A model generated the notes under the pieces. The model did no database searches and was not told where the DNA came from. It worked only from the letters and a program-made list of their open reading frames with translations. A DNA stretch of 64,000 nt from an uncultured Gemmatimonadales bacterium (GTDB taxonomy: Bacteria > Gemmatimonadota > Gemmatimonadetes > Longimicrobiales > Gaopeijiaceae): the NCBI GenBank assembly GCA_963809895.1, contig CAWELD010000003.1, positions 32,001 through 96,000 of the forward strand. The letters are read 5' to 3'. A program made the position numbers and the translations under genes. Positions 46,574 to 57,014 of this stretch are shown one piece after another. How positions within the stretch are numbered: position 1 is the stretch's first letter; every line of letters begins with the position of its first letter.

Positions 46574-49194
46574 CCATGGATCGTCCTCCGCGATGGATGC
46601 TCCGGGTGCTGCGGGCGGTTCTGCCGTCCGGCGTCCGTGGAGCGTCCATGGTGGGTGACCTGGAGGACGAGTACCGGGCCAGGCCGCCGGGTCCTCGACG
46701 GACGCTGTGGTTCGCCGGCGAGGCCGCCAAGCTCGCGGTCCGCTATCTGATACGACGGGAGAGGGGAGGGGACATGGACCGCTGGTTCGGACACATCAGG
46801 TTTGCGCTGCGCCGGGTGCTTCGCGATCCGGGATACGCCGTCATCGTCATGGGCACCATGGCGCTGGGAACAGGTGCCACGGTGGCCATCTTCTCGGTGG
46901 TCGATGCCGTGTTGCTGCGTCCACTCCCGTACCACGCGCCGGATCGGCTGGTGAGCGTCTTCGAGGCCGCGCTCGCCCGGGATGACCAGCGCAACGTGGC
47001 GAACCCGGGCAACGTGCGGGCTTGGCGAGAAGGCGCTCCCTCGTTGAGTGGCATCGCGGGCATCAGCCTGGTGCAGCCCATGGTCCTGTCGGCGCCGGGC
47101 GAGCCTCGCGAGATCCTGGTCTCCGTCACGACGCCGGACTTCTTCCGCGTCTTGGGTCTGGATCCCGTCCTCGGTCCGGGCTTCGACCCGCAGTCGGGCG
47201 GCGCCGAGTCGGGCAACGAGGCGATTCTCAGCTACCGGGCTTGGCAGGAGATCTACGGTGGGGCTCCCGACGTGGTGGGGCGGACGCTGACGGTGAACGG
47301 CACCTCCGCCGTGGTGGCCGGGGTCCTGCCCGTGGGCTACGTCCCCTTCGGTGAAGATGCCGAGATGTTCGTGGCACAACCTCTGTCGAGCCTCGGCGAC
47401 CAGACCAACACCGGTCGATTCCTCTACACGGTGGCCCGCCTGGCTCCTGGCGCAGACGTAAGGCGTGCCCGCGACGAGCTGGAGGCGGTCGCGGCGGGTC
47501 TTCGCGAACAGTACCCGGACTTCAACGCCGGCTGGAGCACCACCGTGGTGCCCCTCCAGGAATACGTGGTGGGCGATGTGCGCTCGGGGCTGTGGGTCCT
47601 CCTGGGCGCCGTGGGCCTGTTGCTCCTGGTCGCCTGCGCCAATGTGGCGAATCTCGGCCTCGCCAGGGCCACGGACCGCAAGCGTGAGATGGCGATCCGC
47701 ACCTCGCTGGGCGCGTCGGGAGGTGCGCTGGCCCGGCAACTGCTGACCGAGAGCGCCTTGCTGGTCGGGGTGGGAGGGCTCCTGGGGCTGGTCGCCGCAG
47801 AGACGGGCACCCGGCTGCTCGCAGCCCGCATGCCTGATGCCTTCGCGCTTCCCAGGGTGGAGCAAGCCGGCGTCGACCTCCGGGTGCTGCTGTTCGCGCT
47901 GGGCGTCACCGTCTTGACCGGCATCCTGGTGGGGTTGGTGCCCGCGTTGCAGGCTCGGCGCCTGGCGCCGGCGGCGACGCTGAATGCCGAGGGGCGGGGA
48001 CCCGGGCACGAGTCGAGCCGGGTCCGGGATCTCCTGGTGGTGGGGGAGATGGCCCTGTCCGTCGTCCTGCTCGTGGGCGCCGGACTGCTGGCTCGGAGCT
48101 TCATGGCGCTCGTGTCGGTGGACTCGGGGATCCGGCCGGAGAACGTGGTCACGGCCCGCGTGAACCTCACGGGCCCGCGCTACGACGGGCGGGAGCCGGA
48201 CGTTCGCTTCTACGACCGTCTGGCCGAACGCCTCTCGGAGCTTCCCGGCGTCGAGGCGGGAGGTGGGGTCACGTTTCTGCCCATGGCCGGCAGCGGCGCC
48301 GCCACGTCGTACTACGCGGCGGACAAGCCCGAGCCCCCCAAGGAGGACTGGCCGGTGGCGAACATCCGCAACGTGGTCGGCGACTATTTCCAGGCCATGG
48401 GCATCGACCTGCTGCAGGGCCGCCTCTTCGACCAGCGTGACCGGCCGGAATCGCCGAGGGTGATCGTGGTGAATCGGGCACTGGCCGAACAGGAATGGCC
48501 GGGTGAGAACCCCATCGGCAAGCCCCTGGCCATCAACTGGACCAGCCTGGAGCCGTGGACGGTGGTCGGGGTGGTGGAGGACGTTCGGCTGGGTGGGTTG
48601 GAGCAGGAGCCGACGCCCACGGTCTACCATGCCTATGCCCAGGCGCCCTACTTCCCCTTCATGACCATCGCCCTCCGTACCCGGGGGGAGACGGCGCAGG
48701 CGGTGACCGCGCTCCGGGCCCTGGTGCGCGAGCTGGATCCCGCGCTGCCCCTGAGCCGGGTCGCGGTCATGGACGACGTGGTCGCGCGCTCGGTGGCCCG
48801 GCCCCGCATGACCACCTTCCTGATGGGGGTGTTCGCCGCGGTGGCGTCGGCGCTGGCCGCGGTCGGTCTGTACGGGATCCTCTCGTACAACGTCGCCCGG
48901 CGAGGACGGGAATTCGGGGTCCGCATGGCCATGGGTGCCGATCGCTCCGACGTTCTCGGCATGGTGGCTCGCCGGGGCCTGCTGCTCGCGGTGGTCGGGT
49001 TGCTGGTCGGGGCGGGAGTGGCCCTGGCCGGCGCGGGAATCCTGCGCTCCCTTCTCTACCAGACCCCGGCTCGCGATCCCGTGAGCTTCGCGCTCGCGGG
49101 TCTCCTGCTCATGGTCGTGGCCGGCCTGGCCTCGTTGGTGCCGGCCTGGCGCGCCACGCGCGTGCAACCCGTGGATGCCCTGCGCTCGGACTGA
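46570..49194 (+). CDS. ADOP-family duplicated MacB/FtsX ABC permease
   Basis: GDLEDEY leader, LLRPLPY, ACANVANL, REMAIRTSLGA, REFGVRMAMGA, PAWRATRVQPVDALR. Confidence 0.9.
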   Translation: MTMDRPPRWMLRVLRAVLPSGVRGASMVGDLEDEYRARPPGPRRTLWFAGEAAKLAVRYLIRRERGGDMDRWFGHIRFALRRVLRDPGYAVIVMGTMALGTGATVAIFSVVDAVLLRPLPYHAPDRLVSVFEAALARDDQRNVANPGNVRAWREGAPSLSGIAGISLVQPMVLSAPGEPREILVSVTTPDFFRVLGLDPVLGPGFDPQSGGAESGNEAILSYRAWQEIYGGAPDVVGRTLTVNGTSAVVAGVLPVGYVPFGEDAEMFVAQPLSSLGDQTNTGRFLYTVARLAPGADVRRARDELEAVAAGLREQYPDFNAGWSTTVVPLQEYVVGDVRSGLWVLLGAVGLLLLVACANVANLGLARATDRKREMAIRTSLGASGGALARQLLTESALLVGVGGLLGLVAAETGTRLLAARMPDAFALPRVEQAGVDLRVLLFALGVTVLTGILVGLVPALQARRLAPAATLNAEGRGPGHESSRVRDLLVVGEMALSVVLLVGAGLLARSFMALVSVDSGIRPENVVTARVNLTGPRYDGREPDVRFYDRLAERLSELPGVEAGGGVTFLPMAGSGAATSYYAADKPEPPKEDWPVANIRNVVGDYFQAMGIDLLQGRLFDQRDRPESPRVIVVNRALAEQEWPGENPIGKPLAINWTSLEPWTVVGVVEDVRLGGLEQEPTPTVYHAYAQAPYFPFMTIALRTRGETAQAVTALRALVRELDPALPLSRVAVMDDVVARSVARPRMTTFLMGVFAAVASALAAVGLYGILSYNVARRGREFGVRMAMGADRSDVLGMVARRGLLLAVVGLLVGAGVALAGAGILRSLLYQTPARDPVSFALAGLLLMVVAGLASLVPAWRATRVQPVDALRSD

Positions 49195-49224
49195 CGTCCG
49201 CCGACGCGATGACGAAGGTCCGGT

Positions 49225-49272
49225 GACGACGAAGGCCGGCCGCCCCGCGAGGGACGGCCGGCCGTTGTCGTC
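49225..49272. terminator. Hairpin between convergent genes, likely bidirectional terminator
   Basis: GACGAC..GGCCGGCCG...CGGCCGGCC..GTCGTC. Confidence 0.6.
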
Positions 49273-49287
49273 GCTACGTCCCGAGAA

Positions 49288-50631
49288 TCAGGCGCCCGTG
49301 GGGTCGCACATGGTGGGATCGTAGTTGGGGTTGTTGGTTTCCGTGAATGGAACCGGAAGGTCCAACTGGTTCCCGCGCGACGAGTTCTGCACCGTCGGTC
49401 CGATCGGGTAGACCGAATTCGCCGAGCGACCGTACTGACGCACGAGCCGCCGGAGATCGCCGAGGCGATGCGAGGTGAGCCACAGCCAATAGGCCCGCTC
49501 GCGGAAATGCAGATCCACGAGCTCGTCCATGGTCTGGCCCGTGTCCTGCAGATCGGGTAGCTCCATGGTCGCCCTGGCCGCGTTGTGCATGGCGAAGAAG
49601 GTGGTGCGGTCGTTCGCCTGCAGGGCGGCTTCGGCCTCGATCAGCCGCGCCTCGATGCCCGACGCCAGCACGATGTTGCTGCCCGGGCCGGTGTAGGCCA
49701 GCTGGTCGTAGTGAGGCACGCTGGACGTGAATCCACCGCCCGTGAACTCGGTGGGCGTGCGCGGGTCCTCGTTGGTGAGGAACGGCAGCCCGTTGGTGCC
49801 CTCGCTGCCGGCCGCGGACCAACGCTTCTCGGCGTTGACCAGGTTCCACACGGCGTTGTAGGCGCTCAGCGCGTTCGACGAATACGCCACGTCCCACTGG
49901 AAGGTCGTGGGGATGCCCTGCACGGTCTGCGCCGCCTGGGCGAACTCCCCCTTGTCCAGCAGCGCCCTCGCCTTGCCGATCTCCGCCATCATCGTCAGGT
50001 CGGCGTCCGGCCCCATGGCCATGGCGTCGTCGAAACGCGCGATGGCGCGGTCCAGGATCTGATCGGTGGTCTGCGCGCTCCCGAAGACGGTGGGTCCGCC
50101 CTCGAAGGGGATGGTGGAGAAGGGCACCCCGCCGCAGTAGTTCTCACCGAAGTACACGTAGGTGTACCCGGCAAGAGCCGTGACCTCGGCGTGGGACTCG
50201 CTGCCCGCCTCGTCGGAGCCGGCAAACAGCTCACCGGCCTGCTCGGCGTGGTTGCGGGCCCGCTGCAGCCAGAAGAACGCGGTCTGGTTGGTCGCGTTGG
50301 TGTCCTGGACGTCGCGGGCGTCGATCTCCTGGCGGGTGGTGAAGCTGCCCGAATGGTACAACTCATCGCTGAAGAGCCCGCTGACCAGCACCTGGCCACC
50401 CTCGCTGTTCTGGGTGCCACCCACGGCCCGCGCGAACTCGGCCAGGACCCCGGCGTGCACCGCCGGGAGGTTCGAGGGATCGGAGAAGACCGGCACCGAC
50501 ACCACGTCGGGGTCCGGCACTTCGAGAATGCTGTTGGTATCGCAGGCACCCAGGGCCAGCGTCAGGCCCAGGACGACCGCGGCCGCCCTCCGTCCGAGGG
50601 CGAGCGTGCGTGTTTCATGCAAGATGCTCAT
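49288..50631 (-). CDS. SusD/RagB-family outer-membrane lipoprotein
   Basis: Lipobox LGAC; ARLIEAEA, ERAYWLWLTSHRLGDLRR, LPVPFTE; directly downstream of susC. Confidence 0.85.
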   Translation of the reverse strand: MSILHETRTLALGRRAAAVVLGLTLALGACDTNSILEVPDPDVVSVPVFSDPSNLPAVHAGVLAEFARAVGGTQNSEGGQVLVSGLFSDELYHSGSFTTRQEIDARDVQDTNATNQTAFFWLQRARNHAEQAGELFAGSDEAGSESHAEVTALAGYTYVYFGENYCGGVPFSTIPFEGGPTVFGSAQTTDQILDRAIARFDDAMAMGPDADLTMMAEIGKARALLDKGEFAQAAQTVQGIPTTFQWDVAYSSNALSAYNAVWNLVNAEKRWSAAGSEGTNGLPFLTNEDPRTPTEFTGGGFTSSVPHYDQLAYTGPGSNIVLASGIEARLIEAEAALQANDRTTFFAMHNAARATMELPDLQDTGQTMDELVDLHFRERAYWLWLTSHRLGDLRRLVRQYGRSANSVYPIGPTVQNSSRGNQLDLPVPFTETNNPNYDPTMCDPTGA

Positions 50632-50645
50632 GATGCTCGTCCGGG

Positions 50646-53627
50646 TCAGAAGGAGATGTCCATGCGGATCATGAAGGTCCGGAACGGCGGCAGCGTGGTA
50701 TTGTCCTGCGTGCTGAAGTTGGACTGTGCCGAGCCGTTCACCTCCGGGTCGAAGCCCGTGTAGTCCGTCCAGGTGAACAGATTCCGGCCCGCCAGCGTCA
50801 GCGTGACGTCGCTACCGGGCATGGTGCGGAACCACTCCTGCGGGAGCCGCACGGTGGCGGTGATCTCCCTGAGCTTCCAGAAGTCCGCGGGCTCGATGTA
50901 GCCCGCCACGGTTCCGTAGACGTCGGCCGCCACGGCCGCCGCCTGGTCCTTCAGTGACGCGGTGGGATCGTGGCGCGCCCGGCACACGGCCGAGGGTCCG
51001 TTGCAACGGCCCCACTCGGTGGCGTTGAACTGGGAATGACCACCCCGGTAGTCGAGCAGACCTCCCACGCGCAACCAGCTGGACAGCTCCACGTCGGTGG
51101 AGAGCGTCAGCTCCTTGTCCGGGAAGACCTTGCCCAGGAAGACGGCGGTGTCGCCCACCGTCACCTCGTCGGCGCCGATGAGCCCGTCGCCGTTGGCGTC
51201 GGAGTAGCTCTCGATGGGGGGCTGCCAGTACCCGCCGGCCGGGAATCCCTCCACATGACGCTGGGTCGAGCCCAGCAGACCGAAGACGATGGGCGGCTGA
51301 TCGCCCAGGGACTCCAGGTTGTTGTCGGTCAGGGCACCGGTGGCCCGCACGCTCCAGGTGAAGCCCGGACCACGGATCAGGTCGGCGTTCAATCCCACCT
51401 CGACACCCTTGTTCACCATGAGTCCAAGGTTCTCTGCGCGCGTGCCGCTGGCTCCGGCAGACGGTGCCAGGGGACGGTTGATGATGTCGTTCTCGGACTC
51501 CTTCCGGTAATAGGTGAGGTCGAGCCCCACCCGGTCGGAGATCATGCCCGCCTCGAAGCCCAGCTCCCACTCGGTGGAGCGCTGTGGCTTGAGATCCGGG
51601 TTGCCGGCGCCGGAGATCACGAATCCCGGCTCCTCGTTCTCGTCACGGCCCACGGCCGTGGTGCCGGCGAAGTACTGCTTGGCCTGACGGAAGCTCGGGC
51701 GCAGACCCGACTCGCCCCATGCGGCGCGCAGACGGAGTCCGCTGAGCCAGTCCATCTGCGGGAAGAACGACTCGTCCGACACCACCCACGACCCGCTGAA
51801 CGACGGGTACCAGATCCAGCCCAGGTTGGTGCCGAAGGCGGAGTTCTTGTCGCCCCGCACGGCGGCGTTGAGGAAAATCCGGTTCTGCCACGCCAGCTGC
51901 GTGCTGGCGAAGGCGCCCAGCGTACGGTTCTGGATGTTGGACTCACCCACCGCGAACTGCGAGGTGGTGGCACCCAACGAGCCCGTGCCGGGAGTCAGCC
52001 CCGCGCCAGTGGCGTAGACCGACTCGGTCCGGTCCTCGTAGTACTGCGTGCCCACGCTGGTGGTGGTCTCGAGACCCTGCGTCGGCGAGTACTGCGCCGT
52101 GGCGCTTCCCGTGGCGGTGTAGTTCACCACGTTGGCGCGCTGCGACTCCCGGAAGCCGATGGAGAAAGGCGGTCCGAAGAGCGTGAGCACGTTGGGCGCC
52201 AGGATGTCGTTGTCGTGCTGATCCACGTCGTCGAGGCCGCCGGTGGCGTTGACGCTCAGCCAGCTCAGCGGCTGCCAGTCGAGATTCGTCGACAGCGTGG
52301 TGCGCTGCAGGTTCTGGAAATTGTCCCAGGCGAACAGGTAGTCCCTGGGCAGGGCGTATCCCTGTTGCTGGTCGATGACGGCCTGCGTCGGCACGCCCGT
52401 GAGACCGTTGTAGAGCACGCCCAGCCCGCTGTTGTCGTTCTGCGGGAACTGGCCGTCGTAGTTCACGTACCCCGCCTGCGCCGAGAAGCGCACGTTCTCA
52501 CCGGCCTGGCCGCTGACGTTGGCGCGCAGATTCACCCGTTGAAGGCGGTTTTCTTCCTGCACGCCGACCTGCTTCTCCAACTCGCCGGAGAGGTAGTAGG
52601 TCGTGGCCTCGGAGCCGCCGCTCACGCTGACGCCGTACTTCTGGCCGTTGCCGGTCCGGAAGGGCGTGGACGCGGAGTTTTCCAGGGGATTGTAACGGAG
52701 GATCTCCGAGGGGTTGCAGCTGTTGGACGCCTGATCGATGAGATCGCAGCGGCTTCCGTTGGCGTCCACGGAGAAGACGTTGTCCGGCATGGTGATGTTG
52801 CGGTCGATCTGGCTGCCCTGGACCCATGCCTTCCACTCCGCGTTGCCGGCGCGTCCGCGCTTGGTGGTCACCTGAATGACGCCGTTCGCCGCGGCCGTAC
52901 CGTACAGCGCCGCAGCGGACGGACCCTTCAGGATCTCGATGGACTCCACGTCCTGGGGATTGAAGTCGTCCAGGCGAGAGGGTTGGAAGCCGCCGGTGAA
53001 GAGCCCGTACGAGTTGGAGGTGTCGTCCACGCGTACGCCGTCGACGATGAGCAGCGGTGAGTTGGAGAGCGAGATCGAGTTGCTGCCACGGATGCGGATG
53101 CGCGCGCCGGCGCCGGCCGTTCCGCCGGAGCCGAGCACCGTCACGCCGGCCTCACGTCCCTGAAGGAGGTCCGAGACCGAACGGATCGGAGTCATCTCCA
53201 CGTTGGCCGCGTCGATGACGCCGACCTTGCTCCCGATCTCGCGCTTGAGCGTCTTCTGGCCTGTCGCGGTCACGATCAACTCGTCGATGGGTAGCGCGGT
53301 GGTCTGGAGCGTGAAGTCCACGGTCGCGGACTGCCCGGGCTGCACCGTGATCGTGCTGGAAGCCTGCGCGTAGCCCAGGCTCACCACCCGGATCGTCTGC
53401 TCCCCGGCCGGCACACCCGTGATGAGGAACCGGCCCTCGGCGTTGGCAAGGGCTCCGCGGTTCGTGCCCACCACTACGACCTGAGCACCGTCCACGGGCT
53501 GCGATGTGGCGCCATCTATGACGCGCCCCACCACGTTCCCGGTCCCTTGCTGGGCCTGGGCGGTGAGGGGGAGCGCCAGGAGCGCCAGCACGGCCAGCAC
53601 CCTGCCTTTCACACGTGAAAGGTTCAT
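50646..53627 (-). CDS. SusC/RagA-family TonB-linked outer-membrane transporter
   Basis: IRIRGSNS, PLLIVDG, IEILKGPSAAALYG, ANGVIQVTTK, GNPDLKP, YTGFDPE, terminal Phe. Confidence 0.92.
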   Translation of the reverse strand: MNLSRVKGRVLAVLALLALPLTAQAQQGTGNVVGRVIDGATSQPVDGAQVVVVGTNRGALANAEGRFLITGVPAGEQTIRVVSLGYAQASSTITVQPGQSATVDFTLQTTALPIDELIVTATGQKTLKREIGSKVGVIDAANVEMTPIRSVSDLLQGREAGVTVLGSGGTAGAGARIRIRGSNSISLSNSPLLIVDGVRVDDTSNSYGLFTGGFQPSRLDDFNPQDVESIEILKGPSAAALYGTAAANGVIQVTTKRGRAGNAEWKAWVQGSQIDRNITMPDNVFSVDANGSRCDLIDQASNSCNPSEILRYNPLENSASTPFRTGNGQKYGVSVSGGSEATTYYLSGELEKQVGVQEENRLQRVNLRANVSGQAGENVRFSAQAGYVNYDGQFPQNDNSGLGVLYNGLTGVPTQAVIDQQQGYALPRDYLFAWDNFQNLQRTTLSTNLDWQPLSWLSVNATGGLDDVDQHDNDILAPNVLTLFGPPFSIGFRESQRANVVNYTATGSATAQYSPTQGLETTTSVGTQYYEDRTESVYATGAGLTPGTGSLGATTSQFAVGESNIQNRTLGAFASTQLAWQNRIFLNAAVRGDKNSAFGTNLGWIWYPSFSGSWVVSDESFFPQMDWLSGLRLRAAWGESGLRPSFRQAKQYFAGTTAVGRDENEEPGFVISGAGNPDLKPQRSTEWELGFEAGMISDRVGLDLTYYRKESENDIINRPLAPSAGASGTRAENLGLMVNKGVEVGLNADLIRGPGFTWSVRATGALTDNNLESLGDQPPIVFGLLGSTQRHVEGFPAGGYWQPPIESYSDANGDGLIGADEVTVGDTAVFLGKVFPDKELTLSTDVELSSWLRVGGLLDYRGGHSQFNATEWGRCNGPSAVCRARHDPTASLKDQAAAVAADVYGTVAGYIEPADFWKLREITATVRLPQEWFRTMPGSDVTLTLAGRNLFTWTDYTGFDPEVNGSAQSNFSTQDNTTLPPFRTFMIRMDISF

Positions 53628-53632
53628 GATCT

Positions 53633-53843
53633 CTCCATTGATGGAGGAATCGTATGGGCGAGAAGCAATTGGTGGGGGATCATTCAGGAATGGCCTGAAT
53701 GGCCGAGAGAGCCCGATCGAGCTCTTCGGACGGCGTTCGCCATCCCCACACCCAATGTCAACCCGTCCCTGTCGAACACCGTTGGCGTGGAGGCCCACGC
53801 GGGCCCGTCACGCCGATGTGGACGTGCCCTGCACCTCCACATC
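53633..53843 (-). promoter_or_regulatory. Highly structured susC 5' leader (candidate cis-regulatory RNA)
   Basis: Several hairpins, a multibranch domain and an SD-sequestering stem; see findings. Confidence 0.5.
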
Positions 53844-53905
53844 AGCAACATATACCACCCCGGACGCGAAAACGTTGCACCGGGGCAGGTGGGAGTGCGG
53901 AAAAG

Positions 53906-54727
53906 CTACCCGCCGAGGACGTCCCTGAAGAAGGCGACCGTGCGGGGCCACGCATCGCGCGCGGCGGCGGCGTTGGCACCGTCCTGTCCCGGCTGGTTGC
54001 GGAGGAATCCGTGGCCCGCGCCGTCCAGGACGACGGGGTCATACCGAACCCGACCCTCCAGAGCCTCGCGGGCGGCCGGGATCGTGGAGGTCACGCGGTT
54101 GTCGGCACCACCGTAGAGCCCGAGCACGGGCACGTCGATGGCGGCGAGGGTCTCCGGATCCGGGGTGGTGCCGTAGTAGACGACGGCGCCGGCCAGGCCA
54201 TCCCAGGCCGCGAAGCGGAAGCTCACGCCACCTCCCCAGCAGAACCCGACGCTGGCCACCTGATCGGTCGCCGACGGAAGGGCGGTGGCGTAGCGGGCTG
54301 CGGCCTGCAGGCGCCGGTCCACCTCGTCGGCGTCCAGATCGCGAATCGCGCGCACGACCCCCTGCTGGTCCATGGAGTCGGACCCGCCGCCGTCGGGGCC
54401 CTTTCCGCTCAGGAGGTCCGGGGCGATGGCGATGTAGCCCTCGGCCGCCACCTGATCGGCCACGGACCGGATCCAGTCCGTCATTCCGAAGATCTCGTGG
54501 ATCACCACCACCACCGGCGCCGGATCGCTGCGCTGCGGATACACCATCCATGCGGTGACCTCGTCTCCGTCGCCGGCATCGTAGGTGATCCACTCTCCGT
54601 GGCGCGGCGAGGCGTTGAGGCGCGCCAGGGCTCCGTCTTCGTCAGGAGGGATCACCTGTCCCGCGAGGGGGCCTCGGGCGAAGAAGACGAGCGGGAGGAC
54701 GAGGAGGGTCAGGGCGCTGCGACGCAT
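53906..54727 (-). CDS. Dienelactone hydrolase family protein, exported
   Basis: HEIFG, APDLL, GFCWGG, GAGHGF. Confidence 0.9.
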   Translation of the reverse strand: MRRSALTLLVLPLVFFARGPLAGQVIPPDEDGALARLNASPRHGEWITYDAGDGDEVTAWMVYPQRSDPAPVVVVIHEIFGMTDWIRSVADQVAAEGYIAIAPDLLSGKGPDGGGSDSMDQQGVVRAIRDLDADEVDRRLQAAARYATALPSATDQVASVGFCWGGGVSFRFAAWDGLAGAVVYYGTTPDPETLAAIDVPVLGLYGGADNRVTSTIPAAREALEGRVRYDPVVLDGAGHGFLRNQPGQDGANAAAARDAWPRTVAFFRDVLGG

Positions 54728-54931
54728 GGGAGGGCCTCCGATTTCGGTTTGGTGACGATACCGGTACCGCCGCCGTGTGCCGCCATAGTGTAGCGGTCGG
54801 GTGCGGGATGCCAGAGGAGCCGGTTGCGGCGCTCTCGCGCCCACTGTCGGCGCCGTCTACCTTGACGTTCACCGCCCCGCAGTCGACCGCCCCCCGGAAC
54901 CGTGCCGTCCCGAGCGACGTAGGACGCGATC

Positions 54932-55870
54932 ATGGAACGTATCCGCATTCCCAACGAGGCCACCTACACCCCGGTGGCGCTGACCGACCTGTTCATGGCG
55001 GCGCCCCTGGCCTCGCGGTTGATCCTGGGTGCGACGTTGCCCGGGCGGGTGGTGCAGGCAGCGGCGCTGGGGTTCTACGCCGGAAGCGTGGTCAAGGACT
55101 GGGCGGCGCGTCAGGGCGTGCGCCGCATCGACTTCGTGCGGGAGTACGGCGCCGACGTGCATCGCCTGGACCGCCAGGCCGAGGCGCTCCGCCGCGACGA
55201 GGTGTCGCGCCTGGGCGAGGCCCTGAACGACGAGTACACCGACGAGCGCGTGCCGCGGCGCGAGTTGGCGCCCAGGGTCAACGAGGTCCTGACCGACTAC
55301 CTCGCCGGGGTCACGGGCCAGCGCGTGGAGACCAGCGACGAGGTGCGTGACCTGTCCTTGGCGGCGCTGGTCTTTCCCTTCGCGCAGGGCACCTGCGACG
55401 TGCTCAGCGGCGACGTGGCCATCTTCCGCGACACGGGGATCTTCGAGGCGCACATCGTCGCTCACGAGTTCGTGCACCGGAAGGGCTACTGGAAGGAGCT
55501 CCACGCCCAGGCATTGGCCTATCTCGCCCTCCGGAACTCCGGCGAGCCCCTCCTGGTGCAGGCCGCTCGCGCCGAGCGCCTCCACCGGCAGCTGCGCGTA
55601 TTGGCGGGCGAGGACCCGTCGGCGTTCCGTGAAGCGGTGGATCACGCCGGTCTGCGTTCGGAGCTCCAGGAGGCGTTCCATGCCTTGCGTCCGGATCCCG
55701 GTGCCCTCCAGTCGGTGGTCTCCGAGAGCATGAAGCAGCTCTACGACCTGCGGCTGCGCATGAGTGGCCAGAACGGCCTGTCCGACTACGACGAGGGCTT
55801 CACGAACTTCCTGCACACCTTCACGCACAGCCCCTCGGCGCGCCGGCCACGCGCGGAAGCGGGCATCTGA
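54932..55870 (+). CDS. DUF3810-like putative zinc metallopeptidase
   Basis: AHEFVHRKGYWKELHAQALAYLA (HExxH...E pattern typical of DUF3810). Confidence 0.65.
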   Translation: MERIRIPNEATYTPVALTDLFMAAPLASRLILGATLPGRVVQAAALGFYAGSVVKDWAARQGVRRIDFVREYGADVHRLDRQAEALRRDEVSRLGEALNDEYTDERVPRRELAPRVNEVLTDYLAGVTGQRVETSDEVRDLSLAALVFPFAQGTCDVLSGDVAIFRDTGIFEAHIVAHEFVHRKGYWKELHAQALAYLALRNSGEPLLVQAARAERLHRQLRVLAGEDPSAFREAVDHAGLRSELQEAFHALRPDPGALQSVVSESMKQLYDLRLRMSGQNGLSDYDEGFTNFLHTFTHSPSARRPRAEAGI

Positions 55871-55889
55871 TCTCGTTCACCCGCGCGCC

Positions 55890-56948
55890 TCACAGCTCCA
55901 GGATCAGCTGGCCGTGCGCGCCGGGCCGCCGGAACGCGGCGGCGGACAGCTGGGGTGGGCGTCCCAGGCCCAGGCGTCTGGCGGTGACCCGGAAGAGCGC
56001 CTTGAGCTGGGTGGCGTAGCTCCCCGCGCCCTTGCCGCGGGTCCCGAAGTCCGCGTCGTAGAGCGCGCCTCCGTGGGCCTCCCGCAGTCGGGACATCACG
56101 CGCTCCTTCCGGCCCGGCTCGTGGGCTTCCAGCCAGTCGGTGAAGAGCTCCTTCACGCCGTGGGGCAGGCGCAGGAGGATGTAGCCCGCCCAGGCGGCGC
56201 CGGCGCCGGCGGCCGCCCGCAGAATCGCCGCGATCTCCTCGTCGTTCAGACCGGGAATCACCGGCGCCAGGTTCACGCCCACGGGGATTCCCGCGTCGGC
56301 CAGCCCCCGGATCGCCTCGAGCCGCTGCGTGGGCGTCGAGGCACGGGGCTCCAGGGTGCGCTGCAGGTCCCTCCGCAGCGTCGTCACCGACAGGGTCACC
56401 GCCACCGCACGGTGGCGCGCCAGCTCGCCCAGCAGGTCCAGATCCCGCAGGACCCCGCGACTCTTGGTGATGATGCCCACGGGGTTGCGGGCTTCGGCCA
56501 GCACCTGGAGGCAGCCCCGGGTGATCTGAAGCCTGCGCTCGGCGGGCTGGTAGGGATCGGTGTTCCCGCTGAGCATCAACGGACGAGGCTTCCAGCCCGG
56601 GGCGGCCAACGCCGCTCGCAGAAGCTCCGGAGCGTCTTCCTTGACCAGGATGCGTGTCTCGAAGTCGAGCCCCGCCGAGAATCCCAGATACTCGTGCGTG
56701 GGCCTGGCGTAGCAGTAGGCGCAGCCGTGCTCGCAGCCACGGTAGGGATTGATGCCCGCGTCCAGCCCCACGTCGGGGCTGTCGTTGGTGGCGATGATGC
56801 TCCGGGACGCGTCCCGATGGAATCGGGTCCGGGGCGAGGGGTCGTCGGGGTCCCGCCAGTCGCCGCGGTCCACCTCGAGCCGTTGGAAGCGGTTCGGGGG
56901 ATTGGACGCGGATCCGCGCCCTGGAACGACGGGGAGGGGGGAGGGCAT
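55890..56948 (-). CDS. PA0069-family radical SAM protein (SplB-like)
   Basis: NPYRGCEHGCAYCYAR, TDPYQP, LEPRA, APVIPGLND. Confidence 0.9.
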   Translation of the reverse strand: MPSPLPVVPGRGSASNPPNRFQRLEVDRGDWRDPDDPSPRTRFHRDASRSIIATNDSPDVGLDAGINPYRGCEHGCAYCYARPTHEYLGFSAGLDFETRILVKEDAPELLRAALAAPGWKPRPLMLSGNTDPYQPAERRLQITRGCLQVLAEARNPVGIITKSRGVLRDLDLLGELARHRAVAVTLSVTTLRRDLQRTLEPRASTPTQRLEAIRGLADAGIPVGVNLAPVIPGLNDEEIAAILRAAAGAGAAWAGYILLRLPHGVKELFTDWLEAHEPGRKERVMSRLREAHGGALYDADFGTRGKGAGSYATQLKALFRVTARRLGLGRPPQLSAAAFRRPGAHGQLILEL

Positions 56949-57014
56949 GGTGCGACCCGGGCTCGGTGGACTTTCGGTAAATATTCGGTCCCGGCTCCGC
57001 TCTGTCCAGTCCCC

